Notes: generated by a model from the sequence alone, not told the origin. 64,000 nt of DNA from Phycisphaerae bacterium (GCA_963666835.2 CAXXGO010000006.1:2571743-2635742), one strand, 5' to 3'; positions 1 to 10,424 are shown, counted from the first letter of the stretch. Numbers and translations are program-made.

Positions 1-349
1 GCTGGTACTCGACTGTGACCTTGACTGACCCGTTGGCCAGGTATTCGGTGGACGCGTACCGGAAGCCGCGGATTCTCGCCTGCCGCTCGTGGCCGAGTTC
101 CCTGGCGAGGTTGCGCACCGCGACGACTTCCGCGGCGCGGCGAGCCATCAACTTCGCCCGAGCCCCTTTCATCCGGGGTGGAGGTCGTCCGATCCCGGTT
201 GCCCGGACGATCTTGTGTGAAAGGGATGGTGCGGGAACAGGCTCTGAGGTTAGTGGTTTAGAAGGGGCGATCGCAGCCTTGTTGGGTGGGGACGCGCACG
301 CTGCCACGAGGGGAAGTGCGGAGAACAGCAGTAGACCTGTCCGGACCAT
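1..349 (-). CDS. LPP20-like lipoprotein, N-terminal part (gene runs off the left edge)
   Basis: My own minus-strand translation from the ATG at 349-347 gives MVRTGLLLFSALPLVAACASPPNKAAIAP...ATGIGRPPPRMKGARAKLMARRAAEVVAVRNLARELG... It has a signal peptide with a lipobox-like LVAAC and a K-x-MARRAAExxAxRNLA core typical of the LPP20 lipoprotein family. The frame stays open to base 1. It is absent from the ORF track because it is truncated. Confidence 0.5.
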   Translation of the reverse strand, partial: MVRTGLLLFSALPLVAACASPPNKAAIAPSKPLTSEPVPAPSLSHKIVRATGIGRPPPRMKGARAKLMARRAAEVVAVRNLARELGHERQARIRGFRYASTEYLANGSVKVTVEYQ

Positions 350-668
350 AATCACCTCTCCGACCGAGCACCACTGAGCCCTTTAACCAAAAGCGGACTC
401 CCTTCCACCAGAGAATTGGACAACGGATCCGGCAGAACGTTAGTTGCTTGCTGAATAAGCCGGGCGTGTTTTCGGGATGTGTTTGCCGCCGCTTCCGAGG
501 ACCGGATCCGGCGGAGGGGGCCGTCTTGCCTGAGTGGTTTGGGGCGATCTATTTTCCAGAGAGACTGTCTGAGATTCGCTACGGGTTTTTGCAGGTCGGG
601 TTGACCGGGTCGGGGAGAATGACGACAATACCCCACTTTGGTTAAGACGCGGATTGGGAGTGCCTGCC

Positions 669-905
669 ATGGGCTTAGGTCGTAAAGCGCTGAATACTAG
701 AGACAGGATGGACGCCCTTGAGACGAATGCGCGGAACCGCATTGTCAAGGACAAAGAGCGGGCGAGGCGCGACGCTCGCATGATGGCGAAGATCAAAGCG
801 GGGAGCCTTCCCTACACCACGGTGGTTATGAACTGGCTCAGCCAGAAGCTGGGCAAGAAGGCCGCGAAGATTACGCAGGAAGACATACAAGCCTTGCAGG
901 GTTAG
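669..905 (+). CDS. small basic hypothetical protein (78 aa)
   Basis: Track ORF 654..905 with the first ATG at 669: MGLGRKALNTRDRMDALETNARNRIVKDKERARRDARMMAK... I recognise no family. It lies in a divergent intergenic region next to the lipoprotein gene. Confidence 0.3.
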   Translation: MGLGRKALNTRDRMDALETNARNRIVKDKERARRDARMMAKIKAGSLPYTTVVMNWLSQKLGKKAAKITQEDIQALQG

Positions 906-1530
906 CGCGCAGCGAGATAGGAAGCGTTAGGGTTAATTGAACCGGCGGCCGGCGAGTATCGTCGGCCGTTTGCGTGCGCAGAAGGCGAACGTCCGATACG
1001 AACACCGGCTTGCGGAGGTCGAGCGACCCTAGCAAAGGGCCGCGTACGTTACCACCGTAAGGAAGATGATCTTCAGCTTTCGCCGGAAGAACCAGTAGAT
1101 TGACCAACGGTCCACGGTTTCCCCTCCAGTAGACAGTTACTACTTCTTTTAGCCGTTTTGCCGTCCAAAGGCAATAGCTGCATGGGTTGTGCCCACCTCC
1201 GGTACCGGCTTCCGCCGGAACCGGCGCCCTATAAGTCTGCCGATGAACGGCGCGTTTTTCGGGCCGGACTCTGCTGTTGCGGGCTGTTACGGATGGGGCG
1301 GCTTTGCCGGCGGAGTCGGTTCCGGCGCCCACAGGTTGCTAGCGGGCATCGTCTGGGGTTAGGCACCGAAAATGCCACGTCGTAGTGCGGGTTCTCGCCG
1401 GGCTTATAGGGCCTTGTCACCGCTGCGCAACGGACCGGATCGGCATGATTGACCGTCGAACCGGAAGGGCCAATGATGACGTAGAAGACATAGGCGAGAC
1501 GCCGTTTCAAGCTGGTGGCTCACCGGTGGA

Positions 1531-2145
1531 GTGGCGCGGTTGGGAGTTGACGACGTGAGCGCGGTTGTTCGAAAGGCTGTTTTCGACGCGGTGATTCTCG
1601 GAGTGATTGGGGCGGCTCTGGGTTTTGGAGCCAACGCGGTGCGCGGCTCGGGGGCGGTCGATATAAGCCGGAACTACTTCAAGGTTGCCGCCCGGGGTGC
1701 TGTTGCTCCGGTGAGTGCCACCACTGATTCATCACCGGTCTCCGGGAGCGGGGCGGGCAAGTCGTTGCCCGATCATCCGTATCAGGAGTTGACCTTCGAA
1801 CAGGTGTCGGAAGTCTTCCTTGATCCGCAGACGGAGATGGGAGCGAATGTGTTCATCGATGCCCGGGTATTGTCACTCTACGAGGAGGGGCATATTCCCG
1901 GAGCGTTGCACGCCGATCACTATCGTTTCTTCGACGACCACATTGATGAGGTTTTGGCCCGCGTGGAGAGTGCGGAGAAGATCATTTCCTATTGTGAGGG
2001 CGGGGATTGCGAGGACAGCATTTTCATGTGTGCCGATCTCGTCGAGTCCGGCGTTCCGTGTGATCTCGTCTACCTGTATCCGGGCGGTTGGGAGGAATGG
2101 AAGAAGAACGACATGCCTATAGCGACGGGGCGGGAAGAGAGATGA
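1531..2145 (+). CDS. membrane-anchored rhodanese-like domain protein
   Basis: An N-terminal TM helix (AVILGVIGAALGFGANAV) is followed by a rhodanese-like core: IPGALHADHY...EKIISYCEGGDCEDSIFMCADLVESG...YLYPGGWEEWKKNDMP. The GTG start at 1531 is uncertain. Confidence 0.8.
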   Translation: MARLGVDDVSAVVRKAVFDAVILGVIGAALGFGANAVRGSGAVDISRNYFKVAARGAVAPVSATTDSSPVSGSGAGKSLPDHPYQELTFEQVSEVFLDPQTEMGANVFIDARVLSLYEEGHIPGALHADHYRFFDDHIDEVLARVESAEKIISYCEGGDCEDSIFMCADLVESGVPCDLVYLYPGGWEEWKKNDMPIATGREER

Positions 2146-2771
2146 CAGACCGACCATCCTTCATTCGACGGGTAGATGAATCAGGAATCCTCTTACTGGT
2201 TCTGCGGTTGTTCCTCGGTATCTACTTCGTCCGTACGGGTATTGTAAAAGCGCTGGATCCCGTCGAGTTTCTCAAGGGAGTGCGCATGTACGGACTCCTG
2301 CCCGAATCGCCGGCGATCTATCTCAACCTCACGGCCGTGGTGCTGCCGTGGCTCGAAATCGTCTGCGGAATAGCTCTTGTTCTCGGCACGCGTATTCGGG
2401 GGGCGGCCGTGCAAATCGGGGTCATGCTGGTTGTGTTCATGCCTGCGATTTCCCTGCGGGCGATGGAGATGTTGCAGGCTAATCCGGGACTGTCGTTCTT
2501 TGATGTGCAGTTTGACTGCGGATGCGGGACCGGAGTGGAGATCATCTGGATCAAGTTGCTGAAGAACACCGGTTTGCTGGTTCTGGCTTTGCTGATACTC
2601 GTAGCCCGCTCGCGGCGTTTCTGTTTGGACCGGTGGTTTGATCGGCGGCGGGCGACGCCGCGGTATTGCCGCGGCTGCGGCTATTTGCTGCCCGCCGGGT
2701 CCGTGGATTTCTGCGATGCGTGCCGGGAGCGGTCGGCGTGCTCGGCAGGCACTCCGGACGCGGTGACTTAG
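2142..2771 (+). CDS. DoxX/MauE-family membrane protein with C-terminal zinc-ribbon tail
   Basis: The ATG at 2142 overlaps the rhodanese stop codon (ATGA). The TM-rich sequence LLLVLRLFLGIYFVRTGIVKALDPVEF...VVLPWLEIVCGIALVLG is typical of DoxX/MauE. The tail is YCRGCGYLLPAGSVDFCDACRE. Confidence 0.75.
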   Translation: MTDRPSFIRRVDESGILLLVLRLFLGIYFVRTGIVKALDPVEFLKGVRMYGLLPESPAIYLNLTAVVLPWLEIVCGIALVLGTRIRGAAVQIGVMLVVFMPAISLRAMEMLQANPGLSFFDVQFDCGCGTGVEIIWIKLLKNTGLLVLALLILVARSRRFCLDRWFDRRRATPRYCRGCGYLLPAGSVDFCDACRERSACSAGTPDAVT

Positions 2772-2985
2772 TCTCTTTGTCGCGCGTTAAGGTCGGGGCG
2801 AATCCGCACCCTGTCCCGTTCCTGCACTGCTCAAGGCAGTGGTGGGCCTGAAGATCTTCCCCCGGCCATTCGAGTAATAAATCGCTGGAAGTTCATAGAT
2901 CATATCGCTAATCTAGAGGTAGCCCAGGACGCAGAGCGGGCCAGTTTGCAGGGAGTGCGCTGCGCGTGGGGCCGGGGTTGATGAG

Positions 2986-3516
2986 ATGGGAACTGCTGTA
3001 AATGGTGAGCGCCGTGCGCTTACCTTCAACGATCTGGCCCAAGTCATGCCGGAGGTGTTTGGCCTTGCTGCCGGTCATCGCGTCGTAGGAGCATGGACTC
3101 TCGGGCAGATGTGTCGGCATCTTGCCCAGAGCTTCATCGGCTCCATGGATGGTCTGGATTTGAGCCGACATCGATTCAAGCGCTTGTTCTTTCGCCGGAG
3201 GATGCTCCGAACAGCCTTGACCAAGGGCATCCCCCCCGGATACACCGTTGATGCGCGGCTTACTCCGCCGGCCCAGGTCGACACGGGCGAGGCGGTAGTG
3301 GCCTTAGCGTGTGCCGTCAGGCGCTATCAGGATCATGACGGCGCCCTTTGCGAGCACCCGTTGTTCGGCAACCTATCGCGCGATCTCTGGGACCAGGTGC
3401 ATCGCGTGCATTGTGCTCATCATTTGAGTTTCGCTCTGCCCCTCGCGTGGAAGGAGCACGGTCAACATTGTGGCACTGGGCTGGGGCATCTTCTAAACGG
3501 CGGCGATGACGCCTAG
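2986..3516 (+). CDS. DUF1569 / DinB-like helical-bundle protein
   Basis: ATG at 2986. The segments WTLGQMCRHLAQSF...EHPLFGNLSRDLWDQVHRVHCAHHLSF resemble DUF1569/DinB-superfamily proteins that are common in Planctomycetes. Confidence 0.6.
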   Translation: MGTAVNGERRALTFNDLAQVMPEVFGLAAGHRVVGAWTLGQMCRHLAQSFIGSMDGLDLSRHRFKRLFFRRRMLRTALTKGIPPGYTVDARLTPPAQVDTGEAVVALACAVRRYQDHDGALCEHPLFGNLSRDLWDQVHRVHCAHHLSFALPLAWKEHGQHCGTGLGHLLNGGDDA

Positions 3517-3702
3517 GGCGCGACTGGAAGGGATCAGGGGCGGTCTTCTGAAGCCGCCCGCCCCGCCCATGATCGGGTGAGTTGTGAGTGAAGCTGCGCG
3601 CTGGTTGTGCCGATTGACGAGAGCCGGCGCCGGATCTATACTCCCGCGGTCGGCGCGCGCGTCGGGGTGCTTTGTAATGTTCGCTCTTGTAAGAGGTTAT
3701 GG

Positions 3703-4470
3703 ATGCAACCGTCGTCCGGGCAGTCCCGAGCCAGGCTCGTTACGGCGCCGTTTCTCATTGCGGTAGGTCTGCTTGCCGCCGCCGTTGTTCTAGCCGGGCC
3801 GGTCGCGGCGTGGAAGTCTTTCAAGCGGGTGAAGCTGGCGCTTCCACTCAAGAAGGATCTCGACGCGTTGAATGCGGAGGCGCTCGAGCCGTACCGGGTC
3901 CTCGACCGCGTCACCCTGAACTCCACCATTCTCGAAGCGCTGGGGACGGAGCGGTACATAAGTTGGCTTCTTGAAGACACGAGTGTATCCCCGAACGATC
4001 CGCTGCGCAACGCTCATCTTCTGGTGACGTACTACTCCGGCGGCGTGGATATGGTACCGCACACGCCGGACGTTTGCATGTTGGGCGCCGGGTATCAACC
4101 GGCCCAGCGGCACGAGAACATGGCGGTTCAGGTGTCGACCTTGGGCGCTGAGCTTCAGTCCGTTCCCGTGCGAGTATGCACGTTCATGCGGACGGCGGTG
4201 TTTCACAAGCAGCGGCACTCGGTAGTGTACACGTTCTTCAGTAACGGTCGTTTTGTATGCGACCGGGACCGGTTGCGGATAGTGATCAATGATCCGAGAG
4301 ACACGTACGCCTTCTTCAGCAAGGTCGAGATTAGTTTTCCGCGGGCGACCCGGACGCAGAGCGTTGACGGGGCTCGGAAGCTGTTGGAGCGGGTGTTGCC
4401 GGTGTTGATCGAAGATCACTGGCCCGACTTCGATAAGGCGGAGCTTTCCGGCGGCGACGGTCGGCGGTAG
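3703..4470 (+). CDS. EpsI-family (DUF3485, exosortase-associated) protein
   Basis: The ATG at 3703 gives a TM anchor (APFLIAVGLLAAAVVLAGPV). Motifs include LLVTYYSGGVDMVPHTPDVCMLGAGYQP and YAFFSKVEISFP, matching the EpsI pattern (H-x-P-x-x-C-x-x-G-x-G). Confidence 0.6.
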   Translation: MQPSSGQSRARLVTAPFLIAVGLLAAAVVLAGPVAAWKSFKRVKLALPLKKDLDALNAEALEPYRVLDRVTLNSTILEALGTERYISWLLEDTSVSPNDPLRNAHLLVTYYSGGVDMVPHTPDVCMLGAGYQPAQRHENMAVQVSTLGAELQSVPVRVCTFMRTAVFHKQRHSVVYTFFSNGRFVCDRDRLRIVINDPRDTYAFFSKVEISFPRATRTQSVDGARKLLERVLPVLIEDHWPDFDKAELSGGDGRR

Positions 4471-4537
4471 GGAGGCCACCTGAGATTCGGACCTCGCTTT
4501 CGATGGTCCGAACTCACCAGACAAGGGATGATCCGGT

Positions 4538-7500
4538 ATGGCCAGGAAGAAACTCAACAAGAACCTCGTCGTGGTGCTGACGCTTTTTGCGTTTGCTGCG
4601 ATTGTAGTGCTCTCCGTGTTGATGCTCAGGAGTCTGCAAAAGGGCGATCCGCAACACTTTGTGGATCTCGCCGTGAAGCACGAAGAGAAGGGGGAGTGGC
4701 GGCAAGCGGCCTTGTTCTATGGTAAGGCCTGGGAGAAGAGCCGTAATTGGGAGTACCTGGTTCTTCGTGGTGACATGCTCCTCAATGAAGGAGAGGTGGG
4801 CATGGCCTTGCGCGATTGGCGCGAGGTTCTGGTGAATAGCCCTGATATGGTGCAAGCCCACCTTCGCCAGTTGGAGATTCTGCTGGAGCTGGCGCAGCAG
4901 AGTGGGCAAATGCGATCGTGGACCGCGGTCCAAGAGGCTGCGGAGCCGTTGCTGGAACTCGAAACGGCTCAGAAACACCAGGCTTTCGCTCATTATGCGC
5001 TTGGGCTGGCGCTGATGGGCCTCGAGTCACAGGCGGCGGACAACGCCGAGCGGGGAATGCACGAGCTTCACGAGGCCGTTCGGCTGGCCCCGGAGGACGT
5101 GGAGTACGCCATCGATTTGGCAACTTACCAAGCCCAGCGCGGCAAACAGGACGCCGGCGAGCAGTTGTTCGAAGAACTGCTTCAGCGACACGCCGAGCCC
5201 GGCGCCGCAGCTTCGAAAGTCCGTACCGCATACGCCAAGTACTTAGCCGGCCAAGGTCGATCAGCGGATGCAGAGCGATACCTGAACGAGGGTGTGTCCT
5301 TCGCTCAGGGTGAGAGCGAGGTGTTGCTGGAAGCCCGAATGGCTTTGGCGGATTACCTGGCCAGGCAGTGGGCGACCACCAAGACGGGCGAGCGGACGGG
5401 GGACTCGGAGTTGCTAAGGCGGGCTGAGGAACTGCTGATGCAGTGTGTGGAAGAGAATCCGGACGAGTTCGGCCCGAGTGTGCGCCTGGCTTTGCTGTAC
5501 AAAGCCTCGCAGCGTCCGGAGAGGGTTGTGGAAGTCTGCGACCAGCGGCTTACGTTGGGATTCTCCCGCAAGGGGCTGAAATCGGGGCAGAACAAGCTTG
5601 ATGCTTTTCGGCTCATGATTATGGGGTCGGAGGCTAGTGTGGCGATGGCGCAAGACCCCGAGGTATCGCAGGACGAGGGACGCCGTGCCGAGTGGCTCGC
5701 CCGAGCGGAGAGCTATGTTGCCCAAGCCGGATCCGAATTCGTTGACCACCCCAAGGTGCTGAGCCAGTCGGGCAGAATCAAACTGGCCCGCGGCGGCGAT
5801 CGTGACGCTCTTGATGACTTCAGGCGTGCTGACGAACTCTATCAAGCTGCCGGCGTGGTCGATTGGGAGAACAAGCTGCGTCTGGCGAATCTGCATTTGG
5901 ATCTTAACGAGGCCGGAGCCGCCCGCGCGGTTCTTGAGGAGGCGCTTAATCAAGCCGGTGATCGCGTGGTTCTATCGTGTTGGATCCTCTACGCCCGAGT
6001 GCTGCTGCACAACGCCCAGCGTGGTGAGCCGATCGATGCCCAGACGGCCGGAAAGGTCGAGCGCGCGTTGGCGGTGATTGCCTCGGTGGATCCGGACCGC
6101 CCGGAACTCCGCCAGCTTCAGGCGGTGTTCCTGGAACTGCAGGGCAAGCCGGGGCAGGCCGGGATGCTCACCGAGTCCCCAACCGCCCGGGCTCTGCTCG
6201 AGGCTCGCGAGCGCGTGATTCAGGGGGACACGGACGGAGCGGTGGCGTTGCTTCAGGAGGCGCTGGTGGACGCTCCCGCCGACAATCGCCTGGTGACTGC
6301 TGCGGTTCGAGATCTGCTTCGGCTGGGTCGCGCCGGCGAGGCGGAGGCGGTGGCGAAGCGAGCCTTGGAGCTCAAGCCGGACGATGCGCAATTGCGGAAG
6401 CTTGCCGTATTTGCGTCAGAGGAAATGTCCCCGGAAGATCGCGACGCGGCGTTGCTCGACATCATCAACAGCGAAGAGGATGCTTTTCAACGATCTTGGG
6501 ATCTGATCGACTACTATTGGCGGCGCGAGGATCCGGCCGCCGCTCTGCGCTATTTCGCTGAGGCGGAGCAGCATCTTATCGAGAAGGACACCGAGCAAGC
6601 TCGCAAGAGCACGATTGCCCAACATAGAGCACTACTCAAGGCGAAGCTCTTCGTAGCCAAACAGGCGGATGATGCGGAGGCCATGGCTGCGGCTCGGGAT
6701 TCGGCCGTGAAATACAATGTTGACGGTGCCGAGGGTAAGTCCCTGGTCGGCCTATATCACATGTACCGCGACGAAGTGGAGCCCGCGATTGTTGCTCTGG
6801 CCGCGGCGGTGGAGGCCCAGCCCACCGATGCCCGGTCTCTAACCTATCTGGCGCAGTGCTATCAGAACGTGGAGAGGCTGGATGCGGCTCGAGACCTCTT
6901 CGAGCGGGCTACGCGCATGAATCCGAATGAGGCGTTGGCCCACAAGGGACTGGCGGCGATTGCCAAACAGCAAGGTGAAGAGCGGTCGTACCGCAGGCAC
7001 TTGGCCATCTGCGAGGGGCTCATTCCCGGTGACCCGTGGGTACAGGGGGAAGTGCTGGCGCGCAAGGAGCAGGACAATCCGGAGCAGGCGATTATTGATC
7101 GAGAAGCGCTTCTGGCGACGGATCCGGATAATGTCGCCAATCTGGCGCGGCTGGCTGCGTTGGCTGAGACTCTGGGAGATCAGGCCAAGGCCGATGGCTA
7201 CTATCAACGAATCCTGGACATTCGTGGCGATGAGCAAGGTGTCGTGGCGCTGGTCAGCAAGTACTTCGTTCGCACGGGGCGCCCGGAGTCGTCGCTCGAG
7301 GTGGTGAACGAGTATGTGGACTCGAAGACCACCGCTGACGAGAAGGCGGACGCCCGAATCCTGATTGCGGCGCACTACCTCGGATTGCAGGAACTCGACC
7401 TGGCCGAGACGGCTTTGTTGGAGGCGGCCGATGTGTCTCGTACCCTCGCCGTGTGCCACAGCCTGGGGGATTTCAATCTGCGGACTCTGCACCGCCCGAG

Positions 7501-9106
7501 CGAAGCCCTGCGCTGGTACGAGCAAGCGGCGGAGCTGGCGCGTCAGCAGAGTTCCCCGAAACTCTCGAAGATCCTCGGGGCGCGCATTATCTGTGTGATG
7601 CATCGGGAAGTGGACGATCTGGATGCCGCTCAGACTTACGTCGACGAGTTTCTCGCTGAATTCCCGGATGACCCGCAGGGGGCGCTTTGGGAGGGTGAAC
7701 TCCACGCTCGTCGAGGGCAGATTGATCAGGCGATCGACGCCTTCTCCCGTTATCTGGAGGCCCGTCCGAATGAACCGTACGCTCTCTTCCAGCGTGCCCA
7801 GCACTATGGAGCTATGGGGCGAACCGCCGAAGCGATTCAGGATCTCGAGGCGATCAAGAGGGTCGACCCCACGGCACTGCGTTTGGAGCCGAGGATTCTG
7901 CTGGCCCGAATGCACCGCCAGGCCGGGATGACGGACGCGTGGCTTTCAGAATTGGAGTCCATTGTGGCGGATGCTCCTGATTCCGCGCCGGCGCTCGAGG
8001 AACTCATCAGTGCTCTGATTGACGAAGGCCGGTTGGTTGACGCCGATCGGCGGGTGACTACGGAGATCAACCGCTCCGGCGACGAGACCGACTCGCGCTG
8101 GCTGTTCCTTCGCGGGCGGATTTCGCGCGATTTGGGCAAAGCGCCTGAGGCTCTGCGGGATTTCCGGCGGGGCGCCGAGCTTGCGGGTTACACTCCGGAA
8201 GCGCTTGCTAACGTGCTGGGCCTTTACATGCAGTTGGGGCAAAACGCAGAGGCCGTACGCTACTACGATCAACATGCCGGTAATACCGAGCAGACTCCCG
8301 GACTCCAATCCCATTACGCTCGGGCTCTGGCGGGCGCGGGACAGATGCCGGAAGCCGTTCGGGAGTTTCGCCGGGCGATGGGGCTGGCCGAGGCGGTTTC
8401 CGTTCAAGCGGTGGCGGCGGTGGCGGCGGATATTCGGAGTGCCTTCCCCGGGGCAGACGGTCTGCAACGGGCGATTGCCCTGTTCGAGGCGGACGTGCTG
8501 GATGGGCGAGTGGCGCGGATGAACCGTCGGATTCTGGCGCGGCTGTATGAAGCCGACGGGCGGACTGAAGCAAGCGCGGCGGAGCTGGATCGGTTGCTGT
8601 CCACGGCGACGGAAGATAAGGAGCGAGTCAGCTTGCTTATCGAGCTGGCCGAGCTGCAGCAGAACGCCGGAGATACGGCGCGCGCGGTGGAGTTGTACGA
8701 GGACGTGCTGAGGTATTCATCCGATAATTGGATTGTGCTGAACAACATTGCGTATCTGTTGGCGGATGAACTGGGGCAGACGGAGCGGGCTTTGCCGTAT
8801 GCCCGCCGTGCCGTTGCCATTGCAGATCGTCCTAACACGCTCGACACGCTCGGGTGGATCTATGTCGGTCTCGGGCAATACCCCCGCGCGGTGGCCGAGC
8901 TGAGCCGCGCTGTGCGCCTTGCGCCGAGCGATGCCCTCGCGCACTACCATCTCGGAGAGGCCTATCGTCGAAACCGACAGTTCATCGAGGCTTCCAGCGT
9001 CTTAGAGCGGGGGCGGGAGACGGCGCAGTCTATTGGAGATACCGCCCTGATCGAGTTGATAGACACTGCAGCCGACCGAGCTGCGCGCGGCGACGGCGAC
9101 GTATGA
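4538..9106 (+). CDS. very large TPR-repeat protein (1522 aa) with N-terminal membrane anchor
   Basis: ATG at 4538 with anchor LVVVLTLFAFAAIVVLSVLML. About 34-aa A/L/Y-rich TPR-like units recur throughout (e.g. LAHYHLGEAYRRNRQFIEASSVLERG). The long uninterrupted ORF shows a coding-like codon pattern. Confidence 0.85.
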   Translation: MARKKLNKNLVVVLTLFAFAAIVVLSVLMLRSLQKGDPQHFVDLAVKHEEKGEWRQAALFYGKAWEKSRNWEYLVLRGDMLLNEGEVGMALRDWREVLVNSPDMVQAHLRQLEILLELAQQSGQMRSWTAVQEAAEPLLELETAQKHQAFAHYALGLALMGLESQAADNAERGMHELHEAVRLAPEDVEYAIDLATYQAQRGKQDAGEQLFEELLQRHAEPGAAASKVRTAYAKYLAGQGRSADAERYLNEGVSFAQGESEVLLEARMALADYLARQWATTKTGERTGDSELLRRAEELLMQCVEENPDEFGPSVRLALLYKASQRPERVVEVCDQRLTLGFSRKGLKSGQNKLDAFRLMIMGSEASVAMAQDPEVSQDEGRRAEWLARAESYVAQAGSEFVDHPKVLSQSGRIKLARGGDRDALDDFRRADELYQAAGVVDWENKLRLANLHLDLNEAGAARAVLEEALNQAGDRVVLSCWILYARVLLHNAQRGEPIDAQTAGKVERALAVIASVDPDRPELRQLQAVFLELQGKPGQAGMLTESPTARALLEARERVIQGDTDGAVALLQEALVDAPADNRLVTAAVRDLLRLGRAGEAEAVAKRALELKPDDAQLRKLAVFASEEMSPEDRDAALLDIINSEEDAFQRSWDLIDYYWRREDPAAALRYFAEAEQHLIEKDTEQARKSTIAQHRALLKAKLFVAKQADDAEAMAAARDSAVKYNVDGAEGKSLVGLYHMYRDEVEPAIVALAAAVEAQPTDARSLTYLAQCYQNVERLDAARDLFERATRMNPNEALAHKGLAAIAKQQGEERSYRRHLAICEGLIPGDPWVQGEVLARKEQDNPEQAIIDREALLATDPDNVANLARLAALAETLGDQAKADGYYQRILDIRGDEQGVVALVSKYFVRTGRPESSLEVVNEYVDSKTTADEKADARILIAAHYLGLQELDLAETALLEAADVSRTLAVCHSLGDFNLRTLHRPSEALRWYEQAAELARQQSSPKLSKILGARIICVMHREVDDLDAAQTYVDEFLAEFPDDPQGALWEGELHARRGQIDQAIDAFSRYLEARPNEPYALFQRAQHYGAMGRTAEAIQDLEAIKRVDPTALRLEPRILLARMHRQAGMTDAWLSELESIVADAPDSAPALEELISALIDEGRLVDADRRVTTEINRSGDETDSRWLFLRGRISRDLGKAPEALRDFRRGAELAGYTPEALANVLGLYMQLGQNAEAVRYYDQHAGNTEQTPGLQSHYARALAGAGQMPEAVREFRRAMGLAEAVSVQAVAAVAADIRSAFPGADGLQRAIALFEADVLDGRVARMNRRILARLYEADGRTEASAAELDRLLSTATEDKERVSLLIELAELQQNAGDTARAVELYEDVLRYSSDNWIVLNNIAYLLADELGQTERALPYARRAVAIADRPNTLDTLGWIYVGLGQYPRAVAELSRAVRLAPSDALAHYHLGEAYRRNRQFIEASSVLERGRETAQSIGDTALIELIDTAADRAARGDGDV

Positions 9107-9170
9107 CGGCGGCGGGCTCGACTATCGGGGATTCGGTGGGCCAAGTGCCGTACGGTATGATGCGGTTGGC

Positions 9171-10424
9171 ATGATCTGGTTGCTGCTTCCGTTTCTGTTG
9201 GTCTGTTCCGGGGCGGTGTCCGCGTCGGAAACCGCTCTGTTCAGCCTTAGCACCCGCACACTCCAGGAATACGGTAGGTCGAGCGGCTCGCTGCGGCGGC
9301 GGGTTTTTGGACTCATGCAACGACCGCGCCGGGTCCTGATGACCATCCTGATTACTAACACGGCGGTCAATGTGGCTTTCTTCGCCGTGGGCTTCGTCGC
9401 TCTCCATGGACACCGTGAAACGGGCCCGACGGCGGAAGCGCTTGGAAGTGCGGCCGTCCTGGCCGCTGTGATCGTCTTCGGTGAGATGCTTCCGAAGGCT
9501 CTGGCGTTGAGCAATGCCCGGCGGCTGGCTCGTCCGGCCGGCGTATTCGTTGGTTTCTTGCATGTCGTTTTGAGCCCGTTGCGTTGGGCCCTGCAGTTCA
9601 TGCTGGTCGACCCGATCATCCGGTTGGTGGCCCCTCATTCTCAACCGGGCCCGGTTTCCATAGACGAACTCCAGCTCCTGCTCGAACAGTCAGCCGGAGC
9701 CGGGGTAATCAACCCCCAAGAGAACGAGATGCTGCAGGCGACGGTTGCCCTGGCCGGTGTGCGCGTTCGTGAGGTGATGACCCCGCGCGTTGACATTAGG
9801 GGTGTGGGGATCGAACAGGGCCGAGAGGCCGTGCTCGCCCTGCTGGAGCAATCCGGCCGGCGCAAGTTGCTCGTCTTTGGTGATAACCTCGATGACGTTC
9901 GGGGGATCCTGTATGCGCGCGACGTCTATCTGCAACGCACAAGCGAGATTGCCCAACTCGTCGTCCCGGTGCGTTTTGTGCCGGAACAGATCAACCTCGT
10001 CCAACTGATCCGGTATTTCCGTAGCGAGCAAGTCGAGTTTGCGGTGGTGGTAGACGAGTATGGGGGCACGTCCGGGATAGTATCGATTGAGGACATTGCG
10101 GAGCGGATTGTCGGTCCGCTGCCCGACCCGGATGCGACCCGGCCGGCGCCTACTACGGAGCGGATTGATGACAACACGTACCGAGTGTCGGGTGATCTGA
10201 GCGTGAGGTTGTGGGCGGAGCGCTTCGCGGTCGGGGAGATTGATCGGCACATCGACACGGTGGGCGGGCTGATTTTGGCCAAGCTCGGGAGATGGCCCCA
10301 AGTCGGAGAGGCGGTTCGACTGCGCAACCTGACCTTGACGGTGGAGGCGATGGATCGGTATCGGATCGACTACGTCGTGCTTCGTCGCGAAGACGATGTC
10401 GGGGGAGGCAAGACGGAATGTTGA
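9171..10424 (+). CDS. CNNM / HlyC-CorC family transporter (DUF21 + CBS pair + CorC_HlyC)
   Basis: N-terminal TM DUF21 region containing FGEMLPKALA, then a CBS pair (VREVMTPRVDI...; ...FAVVVDEYGGTSGIVSIEDI), then a C-terminal CorC_HlyC-like domain (YRVSGDLSVRLWAERF...VGGLILAKLGRWPQVGE). Confidence 0.85.
   Translation: MIWLLLPFLLVCSGAVSASETALFSLSTRTLQEYGRSSGSLRRRVFGLMQRPRRVLMTILITNTAVNVAFFAVGFVALHGHRETGPTAEALGSAAVLAAVIVFGEMLPKALALSNARRLARPAGVFVGFLHVVLSPLRWALQFMLVDPIIRLVAPHSQPGPVSIDELQLLLEQSAGAGVINPQENEMLQATVALAGVRVREVMTPRVDIRGVGIEQGREAVLALLEQSGRRKLLVFGDNLDDVRGILYARDVYLQRTSEIAQLVVPVRFVPEQINLVQLIRYFRSEQVEFAVVVDEYGGTSGIVSIEDIAERIVGPLPDPDATRPAPTTERIDDNTYRVSGDLSVRLWAERFAVGEIDRHIDTVGGLILAKLGRWPQVGEAVRLRNLTLTVEAMDRYRIDYVVLRREDDVGGGKTEC

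Noticed and set aside
906-1530. A 620-bp stretch with several short ORFs on both strands (871..1332-, 1158..1385+, 1229..1510-)
   Set aside because: None has a recognisable motif, a convincing start codon or a coding-like composition. It could be a degraded gene or an untranslated region. I leave it unannotated.
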